Below, piece after piece: positions 27,053 to 35,991 of a DNA stretch of 46,018 nucleotides. This stretch comes from Bdellovibrionia bacterium. GTDB lineage: Bacteria; Bdellovibrionota; UBA1018. Positions within the stretch are counted from its first letter, which is position 1. Every line of letters begins with the position of its first letter. A program made the position numbers and the translations under genes. The stretch lies in assembly GCA_045805065.1 (NCBI GenBank), contig JBJMMA010000040.1, forward strand, positions 1-46,018, in the 5' to 3' direction. The notes under the pieces are model-generated. The model had not been told where the DNA came from and ran no database searches. It was given only the letters and a program-made list of their open reading frames with translations.

Positions 27053-28576
27053 TTATAACTGAGTCGGTACGGCTCTTCCGTAAGACGTCGTCACCATTGC
27101 AGGCTGTCCAAAAACGATCTGGTTACAAACATTTTCGCATGCCCCGCAACCAACGCAACGATCAAAATTCACATGATAAGGTCTTGTTGAAGTTTGTCCC
27201 TCAGGAGCGGGAACATCGGCTCCTGAAACAGCGCCTTCCGGCTGCCATCCCTTGTGAAAATCAATCGCGTTCGTTGGACAGACGCGTACACACTCATTAC
27301 AGAATTTATTTTCTGTGTGAGCGATACAGCGGGAGGATTCAAAAACAGCCGTCCCGGCCTTGTAGGAGTACTTCTCCTCGATCGGATACTTCATGATCGC
27401 GTCGGTTGGGCAGGCTTGAGAGCAGGCGTTGCAGCCTTGCACGCAATAGCCTTCCGTCGGAACCATGACAGGAGACCAGAGGGCCCGAAAGCCATGCTCC
27501 AAATTCGCTGGCTTGAGGATTCCTGTTGGGCACGCCTTCATGCATTCGCCACAACGAATACAGCTTGAAAGAAAGTCATGCTCTTCACGACTCATCGGAG
27601 GACGAATCAGCTTCTTTGAAGCTCCGGCCTCCCCTGCCGCAAGATTCATCCCCGGCGCCGCGATCACGGTAAAGGCCGCGGTGGCAATGAGGTTGCGTCT
27701 TTCGAGCGAAACCGGCTGCTGCGACGGCGTGACTGCTGGAACGGGTGATTTCAGGGTGAAGAAGTTCGCATCGACCGGGCATTCCTGCGAGCAGGCAAAG
27801 CACTTGATGCATTCGGACTCATTATAGACTTCAGCGTTCTCAAAACTGATCGCGCCGGTTGGGCAGTGGTTTGAGCAGATATTGCAATGAACGCATCCTT
27901 TGGTATCGCGTCTCAAGACTGAGTTTCTGGACGCAAGCGCAAGATACGCCCCCAGAGGACAAGCCGTTCTGCACCAGATGCGAGAGAGCCTCGTTGTCGC
28001 CGACATGATTCCCAAAAACAGGATCAATGTCGCCACATCGACAAAGAGTCCGTGCATTCCAGGCTTTTGACCTGCGACCCAGAGGATCTCTTCATGCGAT
28101 CTCAAAAAGGGACCAACGACCACGGCTGCCGTGCGAGTCAGAAGCACGATCGGGTCAAAGCCCATAAGAGGACTGACTCCCCCCATCACCGCAAAAAGGA
28201 CGATTGCGAAAAACAGATAGTACTTGAACCGGAACCAAGAAGGAGATGGGCCTTCGAACTTGACCTTAAGTCGTCTCAAGACCCAGCCATAAGCATCAAA
28301 GATCGCACCCAAGGGACAAACCCAGCCGCAGAAAACACGGCCCAGGAGCAAACTCACTCCCAAGGTCACCAATCCCAGCAAGGTGATTGTCACGAGAATC
28401 CTGGTGCCGCCACAAACGACAGTCGTAACCAGTGGATCGATTCTCAAGAGAAGCGATACCGGCACATGGCGGGCAATCCAGGATTCCATCGGATGATGCG
28501 TCGCAAGAATCAGACTTACCCAAAGGGCAAATACTGAAGCTTGAACAACAATCCGGACGTGGCGAGTAGGAATCAA
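27053..28576 (-). CDS. membrane polyferredoxin, NapH/MauN + NapG/MauM-like fusion
   Basis: TM helices with CGWVCP and CRTACP, two CxxCxxCxxxCP motifs, then RR...RPP and four more 4Fe-4S motifs. Confidence 0.88.
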   Translation of the reverse strand: MIPTRHVRIVVQASVFALWVSLILATHHPMESWIARHVPVSLLLRIDPLVTTVVCGGTRILVTITLLGLVTLGVSLLLGRVFCGWVCPLGAIFDAYGWVLRRLKVKFEGPSPSWFRFKYYLFFAIVLFAVMGGVSPLMGFDPIVLLTRTAAVVVGPFLRSHEEILWVAGQKPGMHGLFVDVATLILFLGIMSATTRLSRIWCRTACPLGAYLALASRNSVLRRDTKGCVHCNICSNHCPTGAISFENAEVYNESECIKCFACSQECPVDANFFTLKSPVPAVTPSQQPVSLERRNLIATAAFTVIAAPGMNLAAGEAGASKKLIRPPMSREEHDFLSSCIRCGECMKACPTGILKPANLEHGFRALWSPVMVPTEGYCVQGCNACSQACPTDAIMKYPIEEKYSYKAGTAVFESSRCIAHTENKFCNECVRVCPTNAIDFHKGWQPEGAVSGADVPAPEGQTSTRPYHVNFDRCVGCGACENVCNQIVFGQPAMVTTSYGRAVPTQL

Positions 28577-29088
28577 AACGTGCCCTTCACTTTCGATGCG
28601 GAGCTGATCGAGCGCACGACGGCTTCAGTGGTCAGGTTACAGCTGCCGGTAGCCTTGGCGATGGTGTCGATCTGTTTGATCAGGGAACGAGCTTCTGCAG
28701 GGCCTTTACCGACGTATTGGTCAAGGTAGGATTTCTCTTTGGTTGGGAAAGCATGTGGGCAGCTCATTTCGACCACTTCAATGCCCGTCACCTTGGAAGT
28801 TGCAGGGTCAACGCCCACAACCCAGGTGTGTGTGCAGTTGGGTTTGTAAATTCCGGTTTCAATGAACGCGAGGCGCGCTGCCTTGCCATGCTCGTTCTTG
28901 GAGTAATAGACATCCTGGCCTGGGCCCAGCGTCTTTTTGAAAGCTCCCTTCCCTGCGTTTCCAAGAATGGTCTTGATCGCATTCCCTAAGGATTGAAACT
29001 CCTGAGCCTGCGCTGGGAGCAAGGTTGTCAGCATGGAGGTAAAGGAGAAAATCGAAAGACCCACTGACTTCTTCACAGACATTTTCAT
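28573..29088 (-). CDS. exported FMN-binding domain protein
   Basis: Sec signal ending PAQA; YLDQYVGK...IDTIAKATGS is a variant of the DxxSGAT flavinylation motif. Adjacent to apbE. Confidence 0.75.
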   Translation of the reverse strand: MKMSVKKSVGLSIFSFTSMLTTLLPAQAQEFQSLGNAIKTILGNAGKGAFKKTLGPGQDVYYSKNEHGKAARLAFIETGIYKPNCTHTWVVGVDPATSKVTGIEVVEMSCPHAFPTKEKSYLDQYVGKGPAEARSLIKQIDTIAKATGSCNLTTEAVVRSISSASKVKGTF

Positions 29089-30254
29089 TGAACGGTTCCT
29101 TTCGTCACGTTTTGGGGAGTTTGAATTTTTTTCGATGCAGCTGATCGGGCCCGTTTAACTCGAAGCAAATGAATGAGTGCCAAAGCAGAGGCAAAGGCAG
29201 GAAGCGCTACGAGCCAGGAATGACGCTCAAAAAGGTAGGGATTGAACTTGGAAACCCCAAGGCTTCCTAAATCGATGGCCTCATCGCCTGAGTCAGCCCA
29301 GGCGGCTGTCGTGCTCATGGAAGCAGTGATCAAAAACAAAAGCCCCAATTGGGCAGAACGATCCAGGCCACCCCAGAAACGCTGAAACCAGCCATTCCAC
29401 CTTGGGGTGCCCGAGGAATCGATCGAGGCGGTAGCAAAAGGAACCGCTGAGTCCAAAAGCTTCTCCGGATCTTTCCATTCCCCTTGAGAAACAAAGAGGG
29501 CCGTCGAAAGAGCATCCGCGGTTCCGGCCGAGGGATGCGCAACGAGCGCTGTCTGGCATTCCTGGGCCTTCGCTCCGGTTCTAGGGTCAATCAAGTGAAG
29601 TCCCTTTTCATGAAGTCCGGAAACGCCAATGGAAATCTTTTCGCCCGTGACATGAGAGAATTCAATTCCAAGATCCTGGCCCTGCTCGTCCCTCTTCCAG
29701 CTCCAGGCCCAGCTCCAGGGCTCTCCAGGCGCAGAGAATCCGGAGAAGACCAGACTCGATCCGCCAGCGTTCAAAAGGTAATCCGTAAATCCATTTCGCT
29801 CGATCAGATGCCTGACCCGATCCAAGGCGTAACCTTTTCCAATCGCAGCAAAGCTCAGCCAGGCATCCGCGGTGGTCCGCCAGGCCACTCCCCGCTCACG
29901 GCTCCAATCCATAGGCTTTGGAACTTGCCTGGAGAGAGGTCCGCTCTTCACGGTACAGCTGAAAGCTCCTGCGGTGCGCTCCTGGATTTTCAGCGATTGC
30001 TCCAGGAGATCGATCACCGAAGATGGGACCGGAACTTCCATGAAGGGTTCAGCCAGGTTGAGTTGGCGCACTGGGCTTGAGGACAAGAACTCGCTGAGCT
30101 CGCCTTCCAGAACCTCGATGCGGTGATGGGCTTCCAATAATACGGAATCCGCCGCTTTTATCCGCGATTTCTCGCAGCTGATGCGCAAATCAAAGGTCGT
30201 CGCCATATGGTTCTGGCGGTGACGGACGTGCACATAAGCTTCATGACGGGGCAT
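29085..30254 (-). CDS. apbE: FAD:protein FMN transferase (ApbE family)
   Basis: MATT, LSEF.SSS.V..LN, IGKGYALD, NAGG, HLIDPRTG and ADALSTAL. It has a C-terminal hydrophobic extension. Confidence 0.88.
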   Translation of the reverse strand: MPRHEAYVHVRHRQNHMATTFDLRISCEKSRIKAADSVLLEAHHRIEVLEGELSEFLSSSPVRQLNLAEPFMEVPVPSSVIDLLEQSLKIQERTAGAFSCTVKSGPLSRQVPKPMDWSRERGVAWRTTADAWLSFAAIGKGYALDRVRHLIERNGFTDYLLNAGGSSLVFSGFSAPGEPWSWAWSWKRDEQGQDLGIEFSHVTGEKISIGVSGLHEKGLHLIDPRTGAKAQECQTALVAHPSAGTADALSTALFVSQGEWKDPEKLLDSAVPFATASIDSSGTPRWNGWFQRFWGGLDRSAQLGLLFLITASMSTTAAWADSGDEAIDLGSLGVSKFNPYLFERHSWLVALPAFASALALIHLLRVKRARSAASKKIQTPQNVTKGTVQ

Positions 30255-30406
30255 TCCTTAATTTTAAACAAACACTAGAGATCGACCAGCTAAAATTGAG
30301 CTCGGGCACATGAAAGATTCCTCGGGGAAACCCGTTCGACGAAATTTTGACACTCACCCCAAGAAAGCTTTTCCATTTTTCAAAAACGCGAGTTATAGCA
30401 GCGAGC

Positions 30407-30736
30407 ATGAGGTACCAGACTCGGTTTGCTTTCGATCTCGGTCAGGGGCGAAGCAGCGAATGCGAAATCGAAGTGGAGAAGAGCGAAGCGGGACGTATTC
30501 AGGTCACGCTGAGCGAGGGCGGTCTCCGGGGTGGCGAAGTCGTGCGAAGCAGTTACGCACGGATTTCTAACCAGGTGTATGGCAAGTTCCTGAAAGGAAT
30601 TCCTGCCAAGCGCATCCGTTGGGCATATCGCTCGGACTCTGTTGCCGAAGTCCCTCTGCTTTGGGATGGCGGTCGCCTTTACCTGAACTCAGGTCTCAAT
30701 TCCTACAGCGAGCATTCAGAATCTCTGCACGCTTAA
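30407..30736 (+). CDS. hypothetical protein
   Basis: Plausible ORF filling the gap, with a 41-bp convergent overlap. No recognisable motif and uncertain start. Confidence 0.45.
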   Translation: MRYQTRFAFDLGQGRSSECEIEVEKSEAGRIQVTLSEGGLRGGEVVRSSYARISNQVYGKFLKGIPAKRIRWAYRSDSVAEVPLLWDGGRLYLNSGLNSYSEHSESLHA

Positions 30737-31829
30737 CCTTAAATACGCGAACCCATTCTGAAATCGGAACGAGTTTGCGGAACCTTCCCTGCTCATTCTG
30801 ATCGCGCCGATCCGCGCGGCCAACCCGAAAGATGTCTTCAATCTGGCGATCCGTGAGTTGAGAAAGAAGCTCAGCCAGGAACGCGCGCCCTTTCTCACTG
30901 ATCTTGGGATCCGAGAGCGTGCCAAAGGGAGTGTGAGCCAGATCGGCAACACAACGTGTCGGATCTTTCCAAATGGAGTGATGCTCCCAGGCTGCGAGAT
31001 TCATACTGGCCCTCTCATCCAGCATCTCGGCTCCCCCGAAAGTCGAGCCCAGATCTTCCACCATCATGAAAGGCCGAGTGCAGAAGGACCTCCCACTCGA
31101 ATCCTCTTGAATCCCGTCCGGAAGACAAATCAGCTTTTGTTGGCCTGCGTTATTGTCACCATGCTGCACCAAGGCAGCCAGAAGTTTAAGAGCATCTCGG
31201 TGTTTACGCGGCGCGCCTCCGTGTCGCTCATCGATCAGATCCAGCTCATCCCAACTCCAGCCTGAGTCCTCATGATCCGTTTCGACAATTGCCTTACCGG
31301 GCATTTTCAAATCAGCTACTGCCGGATGAAACCAGCGATCTGCGACATCGTCACTCTCGGGGTTCATCCAAGGATCCTCGGGACACCCACGACAATGCAC
31401 CTTGACCGGATAGGAACGAACCGCGCCAAAGCCTAGAGCCCAGAAAAGCCGTGTTCCGGCTGGCATGGAATAGACTTTGCCGTTGGGAGCCTCGTATCGA
31501 ACTTTGATTTTGGTCCCATCGCTTGTTTTGCAAAGAAATTTGGCCGTCGTGCCTTCAGCTTTTTTGGGAATATAATCGCAATCCACGCGCTGCTCGAAAT
31601 TAAAACTCAGCATGTCTTCAGGACCGCGCCAGATATCCCTATGAGAAACGTCGGTAGGCTGCCACACCTGCGCAGAGCGGATATAATGAAGCCTTTCTTT
31701 TTTACTGACAGGGTCCAGAGCCTTTGCCAAAGCCGGAGATGAAGCCTCATGACTCAGCCCGATAAACAGAAGCATCCATCCCATCGCCCTTAAGCTCATT
31801 GCCCTTGAGCAACGCATTCCCGACCCCAT
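30696..31829 (-). CDS. secreted hypothetical protein, probable atypical kinase-like fold
   Basis: AGGAG RBS and signal peptide; GTTAKF...KIKV...RLFWALGF...HGDNNAGQQ...EDLGSTFG follows the motif order of HipA/PI3K/CotH-like folds. Confidence 0.65.
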   Translation of the reverse strand: MGSGMRCSRAMSLRAMGWMLLFIGLSHEASSPALAKALDPVSKKERLHYIRSAQVWQPTDVSHRDIWRGPEDMLSFNFEQRVDCDYIPKKAEGTTAKFLCKTSDGTKIKVRYEAPNGKVYSMPAGTRLFWALGFGAVRSYPVKVHCRGCPEDPWMNPESDDVADRWFHPAVADLKMPGKAIVETDHEDSGWSWDELDLIDERHGGAPRKHRDALKLLAALVQHGDNNAGQQKLICLPDGIQEDSSGRSFCTRPFMMVEDLGSTFGGAEMLDERASMNLAAWEHHSIWKDPTRCVADLAHTPFGTLSDPKISEKGRAFLAELLSQLTDRQIEDIFRVGRADRRDQNEQGRFRKLVPISEWVRVFKVKRAEILNARCRN

Positions 31830-31870
31830 ATTTATCTCCTATTTAATAGAACGACAGTCGGCGGGCGCGA

Positions 31871-31886
31871 TGCGATCGGCATGCCA
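31871..31886 (-). promoter_or_regulatory. putative sigma54 promoter (leftward)
   Basis: Minus strand TGGCATG-CCGA-TCGCA (GG-N10-GC). Confidence 0.6.
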
Positions 31887-31907
31887 TCAGGCACTGCGGC
31901 CAGCCGA

Positions 31908-31923
31908 TGGCATGCCGGTTGCT
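31908..31923 (+). promoter_or_regulatory. putative sigma54 promoter (rightward)
   Basis: TGGCATG-CCGG-TTGCT, close to the consensus TGGCACG-N4-TTGCW. Confidence 0.7.
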
Positions 31924-31938
31924 CGATCATTATTACCT

Positions 31939-32802
31939 ATGTCCAATTTAAACGCGGCTGAGCTGACTTCATTCAAGCGCATCGAGAAAAAGTTCGTGCT
32001 CTCACAAGACGAGGGCATGGAACTGCTCCGCATGATCGCGGAAAGAGTACCTTCATCCTATCCAAAACAAGACACCCAGTTCTACGACGTCGAGTCGCTC
32101 TACTTTGATTCGCCCGATCTGGATATCTACCGCGCTCACTTCCAGGTTTATGACGGCAGGTTCAAGTTGCGCACGCGCACTTACGGCCCGAACGGGATCT
32201 GGGACCGAAGCTGCGTTTTTCTTGAAATGAAGATCAAAAACCGCGAGGTGACCGAGAAGTTCCGGATCAAACTCGACCCGGAAACCCACGCGCGCCTATT
32301 TGAGACCGAAGCTTCAGAACTGGCCTTGTCTCGGGCGTTGATTCGAACCAACCCCTCGCTCGAGTTCCGTGAGCTCTCTCATCGAGTGAAGAGCGTGGAT
32401 CAGATCCTGCGCAAGCTCAAGCTTCGCCCCTGCTCCCGTCTTTATTATCGAAGAAAGGCGTTTGAGAACTCCGAGATCCGGATCACCTTGGATGAGAACA
32501 TCCAGGGCGAGCTTCTCATGGATATCCCTGCTGCGACGAGGATGGAAATTTTCGGCTCCTCCCTGTGGTCGCAGGCTCAGCAGATGCACAAAGGCTATCC
32601 GATCTCGCGCGGCATGGTGCTTGAGATCAAGAACGAAGGAATTCTTCCAGACTGGCTGGATGGATTTCTCAAAGAAAGCAAAACCCCTGAAGCCAGGTTT
32701 TCCAAGTATTGCTACTCCGTGACATCCAACATCAGCGGAGCGATCGGAGTGCCGCTGTCTCGTGCGGAGATCGCTCCCGTGCTACGGAGAGTGGCCGAGT
32801 GA
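31939..32802 (+). CDS. VTC (polyphosphate polymerase / CYTH-like) domain protein
   Basis: RIEKKF, SLYFDSPD, KLRTRTY, FLEMK, YRRKAF, RITLD, VLEIK and FSKY. Confidence 0.88.
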   Translation: MSNLNAAELTSFKRIEKKFVLSQDEGMELLRMIAERVPSSYPKQDTQFYDVESLYFDSPDLDIYRAHFQVYDGRFKLRTRTYGPNGIWDRSCVFLEMKIKNREVTEKFRIKLDPETHARLFETEASELALSRALIRTNPSLEFRELSHRVKSVDQILRKLKLRPCSRLYYRRKAFENSEIRITLDENIQGELLMDIPAATRMEIFGSSLWSQAQQMHKGYPISRGMVLEIKNEGILPDWLDGFLKESKTPEARFSKYCYSVTSNISGAIGVPLSRAEIAPVLRRVAE

Positions 32803-34667
32803 AGCGAGATTTTGCTCCACTTTGGAAAGTCATCCAGACCTATTTCCATTATGCCAAGCCTTACTGGCGAATGATCGTTCTTTCGATCGCATGGGTCTTT
32901 CTCCGGGTTGGAGTGGATGTGTTGAAGCCCTGGCCACTCAAGTTTGTCGTCGACCAGGTTCTGAAGGCTGAGCCAGTCCCCGCGCACATTCCCTTTGCGG
33001 CAGCTCTCAGCCACATGGACCGCTGGCAGCTTTTGATCGTCAGCTGCGGCATGATCATCGTCATGGCGATGGCCTATGGCTTTTTTGCCTGGCGCTCACA
33101 GGCTTGCATCACTTCCATTGGTCAACGCATGACGTGCGACATTCGGCGAGCGGTCTTCAAGCATGTCCAGGGATTGCCGCTCTCGTTTTACGATCGCACC
33201 CGAACGGGCGATCTGGTGACCCGGATCCACAACGACATTTCCAACGTTGAAGACCTGCTGGTTTCCTTCGTGAACGTTCTGCTGGTGAATACCCTTGTCA
33301 TCTTAGGAACGCTCTACATGCTGAGCCGCGTGGACTACAGATTTACCCTGATCGCGCTTGTCATTGTTCCTGCGCTCTACGTCGTGGCCCGACATTATAT
33401 CGTGGCCATCAAGACGGCGCAGCGAATGGCAAAGTCCAAGGAAGCTGAGATTGCTTCGCTGGTTCAGGAAAACGTGTCGCTGATCCGGACCGTCCAGGCT
33501 TTTGCGCAAGAAGATTACGAGACAGCACGATTTGACGGTCCTGCGCGAGCCGCTTTATCAGCAGGCCTGAAGTCCTCGGGACTTCAGGCAAGGCTTGAGC
33601 CTTCGATTGAACTCCTGACCTCGATCGGCACCATGCTCATTGTTTTCTACGGAGCAAGACAAGTTCTGATGGGCTCCATGACGCTGGGTACTTTGATTGT
33701 CGTATTGACCTATCTTCAATCCCTTTACTCGCCGGTCCGCCTGCTTGCCAAAATGGTGAACACCGCCAACAAGGCGATCATCAGCGCTGAGCGCGTTGTT
33801 GAGCTCATGGCAATGCCTACGGAAGCTCAGACCGAGAAAAACTCGATCATCTGCCCGGACCTCAAAGGCTCTGTGAAGTTTGCCAGTGTATCGTTTCACT
33901 ACCCGCGCCGCGCCGGAGAGAGCACGAATGCTCCGCCTGCGCTCAAGCAGATCCAGCTCTCGGTTCGCCGTGGGATGACCGTAGCGGTGATTGGAACCAC
34001 GGGCTCAGGAAAAACCACGCTCACCAGCCTTCTTCCTAGGCTTTACACGCCCACGCAGGGAACGATTTATCTGGATGGCCTGGACATCAAGACGCTGGAG
34101 AGAAAAAGCCTTCGCCGGCAGATCAGCGTCGTCCCGCAGGATGCGGCGCTTTTTCGGGCGACGATCTGGGAAAATATTGCCTACGGAGCACGCGATCTTC
34201 CCGAGGGCTTCAGTCCAGCCTGGCTGGTGAATCCTTCTCGACGGGCGCAATGCAAGGATCTCTTTGAGAGAATTCTCCACTACGCCAACGAGGCCAATGC
34301 CCATGAGTTCATCTCTCGCCTGCCGGATGGCTATGACACGATTTTAGGCGAGCGCGGCGGGACGCTCTCTGGCGGCCAGAGACAGCGAATCGCCATTGCT
34401 CGCGCGATGATCCGCGAGGCCCCGATCCTGATCCTTGATGAGCCCACAACAGGTCTGGATGCAGCATCAAGTCACCGGGTGATGGAAGCCTTGGATCGAC
34501 TCAAGACAGGCAAGACGTGCTTCATCGTCGCCCATCATCTGAGAACGATTCGCGATGCGGACTTAATCGTTGTGCTCGAAGAAGGCCAGATCATCGAGGC
34601 AGGAACGCACCACGAGCTCGATCATATCGGTTCGCGGTACCGAAGATTTTTGGACCTGGCTGTGTAA
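32799..34667 (+). CDS. ABC exporter, fused permease/ATP-binding (MsbA-like)
   Basis: TM domain, Walker A GTTGSGKT, signature LSGGQRQR, Walker B ILILDE and AHHL. The GTG start overlaps the VTC stop (GTGA). Confidence 0.93.
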   Translation: MKRDFAPLWKVIQTYFHYAKPYWRMIVLSIAWVFLRVGVDVLKPWPLKFVVDQVLKAEPVPAHIPFAAALSHMDRWQLLIVSCGMIIVMAMAYGFFAWRSQACITSIGQRMTCDIRRAVFKHVQGLPLSFYDRTRTGDLVTRIHNDISNVEDLLVSFVNVLLVNTLVILGTLYMLSRVDYRFTLIALVIVPALYVVARHYIVAIKTAQRMAKSKEAEIASLVQENVSLIRTVQAFAQEDYETARFDGPARAALSAGLKSSGLQARLEPSIELLTSIGTMLIVFYGARQVLMGSMTLGTLIVVLTYLQSLYSPVRLLAKMVNTANKAIISAERVVELMAMPTEAQTEKNSIICPDLKGSVKFASVSFHYPRRAGESTNAPPALKQIQLSVRRGMTVAVIGTTGSGKTTLTSLLPRLYTPTQGTIYLDGLDIKTLERKSLRRQISVVPQDAALFRATIWENIAYGARDLPEGFSPAWLVNPSRRAQCKDLFERILHYANEANAHEFISRLPDGYDTILGERGGTLSGGQRQRIAIARAMIREAPILILDEPTTGLDAASSHRVMEALDRLKTGKTCFIVAHHLRTIRDADLIVVLEEGQIIEAGTHHELDHIGSRYRRFLDLAV

Positions 34668-34761
34668 CGGAAACGCACGTCAAAATTCCGACATGGGATC
34701 ATGGCATTTTGTTTAAAAATCCGATTAACTCCGGCGATCTGCCTCTGTTAATCTGTTGAGG

Positions 34762-35991
34762 ATGTCTCGCTCGACCTACCTGAAAATATCCGTCACTCTG
34801 CTCATTGTCACCACACAAACTGCCGCTTACGCAGATGATTGGGACCCTCGCCCTCAGTCTTGTTTCGTGGATCAAGTCAAAAAGTCCCTGTCTGAGCGAA
34901 AAGAGAAAATCGTCAACAAGCTGAAGAAACCGGTCACGAGCCAAGAAGAGCTCGAGCGATTGAGCGCGACTCAGTTGGCCAGCTACTTCCCTGACACCGA
35001 GAAATCCACCATCGCGGGAAGCAGCAAGATCAGTCAGCGTACGGAAGCCAGTGCCGAGCAGACCGATGCTTTTAAAAAAGATTGGGATGCGCTCATTCAG
35101 CAACGGGCCGGCGAAACCGCTTTTGACCCCTATAAATTGAAAAAAGCCGTCAATGGAATGGGTGGCTCAAAAGGTTATCCCAACCTCGCACCTGAGTACC
35201 TCGATTCTTACAAGAGCCAGGGTCTGACTTTGTCCGAGCTGCAGGATCAAATCGTCTGGGATTACAACAAGAAGCAGAAAGCCGAACGCGCGGACTACGA
35301 AGGATTGAAGCGCGACCTGATGAGCGCAAACCCCTACCTCATAGCTAGAGGCGCCATGCGATGGACCAAAGACCACTTTATTTTTCCGGTCAAGGACTCC
35401 GTCAAAGGCGGTGTTTTCTTTGCCATCGCAGCGTCGCTTTATAAACCGGTCACCGATGTCTATAATAGAAAATTCAACGCAGTGACCTCAAAAGCTATTG
35501 ATAAGCTTCCTGAGCACAAGGAATTAAATGATTCAATCGAGAGCAATCAAAAGCTTGCGAAGGAGGCTCTTGCGGTTGATTTCGTAAATATGGCAACCCA
35601 GGAAGAACGACTCCACACATGGGCCGAGCTTGAGAAAAAATTCAAAAAGAGCCATGAAGTAATTCGTAAGAATCAATTGGACATCCCGTCTTTAAAGACG
35701 CCGATCGAACAGAACAAGAAAACATTAGAACCCTATCTGAGAGCCAATCGCGTTGCGTATCTTACCTCCCTCTCCCAGCTCTCAAAGGAGACTACCCCTC
35801 AGGCGACCTCCACCAAGGCATTAGCCTTGGGAAATCTCAAAGCTCAGGAAATGAAATTCCCCCCGAGCGACACCGAAGTCGACTTATCCAACACTGTCAC
35901 TGATCTGGTTCTTCGCCAGATTGCGGATGATCCAGCTGCGTTTCAACAATTCGTCAAAGAATTCGTTCAAACACAGAAGCCGGTACCTTAA
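34762..35991 (+). CDS. secreted helical hypothetical protein
   Basis: Signal peptide ending AAYA; long Lys/Glu-rich ORF with no recognisable motif. Confidence 0.7.
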   Translation: MSRSTYLKISVTLLIVTTQTAAYADDWDPRPQSCFVDQVKKSLSERKEKIVNKLKKPVTSQEELERLSATQLASYFPDTEKSTIAGSSKISQRTEASAEQTDAFKKDWDALIQQRAGETAFDPYKLKKAVNGMGGSKGYPNLAPEYLDSYKSQGLTLSELQDQIVWDYNKKQKAERADYEGLKRDLMSANPYLIARGAMRWTKDHFIFPVKDSVKGGVFFAIAASLYKPVTDVYNRKFNAVTSKAIDKLPEHKELNDSIESNQKLAKEALAVDFVNMATQEERLHTWAELEKKFKKSHEVIRKNQLDIPSLKTPIEQNKKTLEPYLRANRVAYLTSLSQLSKETTPQATSTKALALGNLKAQEMKFPPSDTEVDLSNTVTDLVLRQIADDPAAFQQFVKEFVQTQKPVP

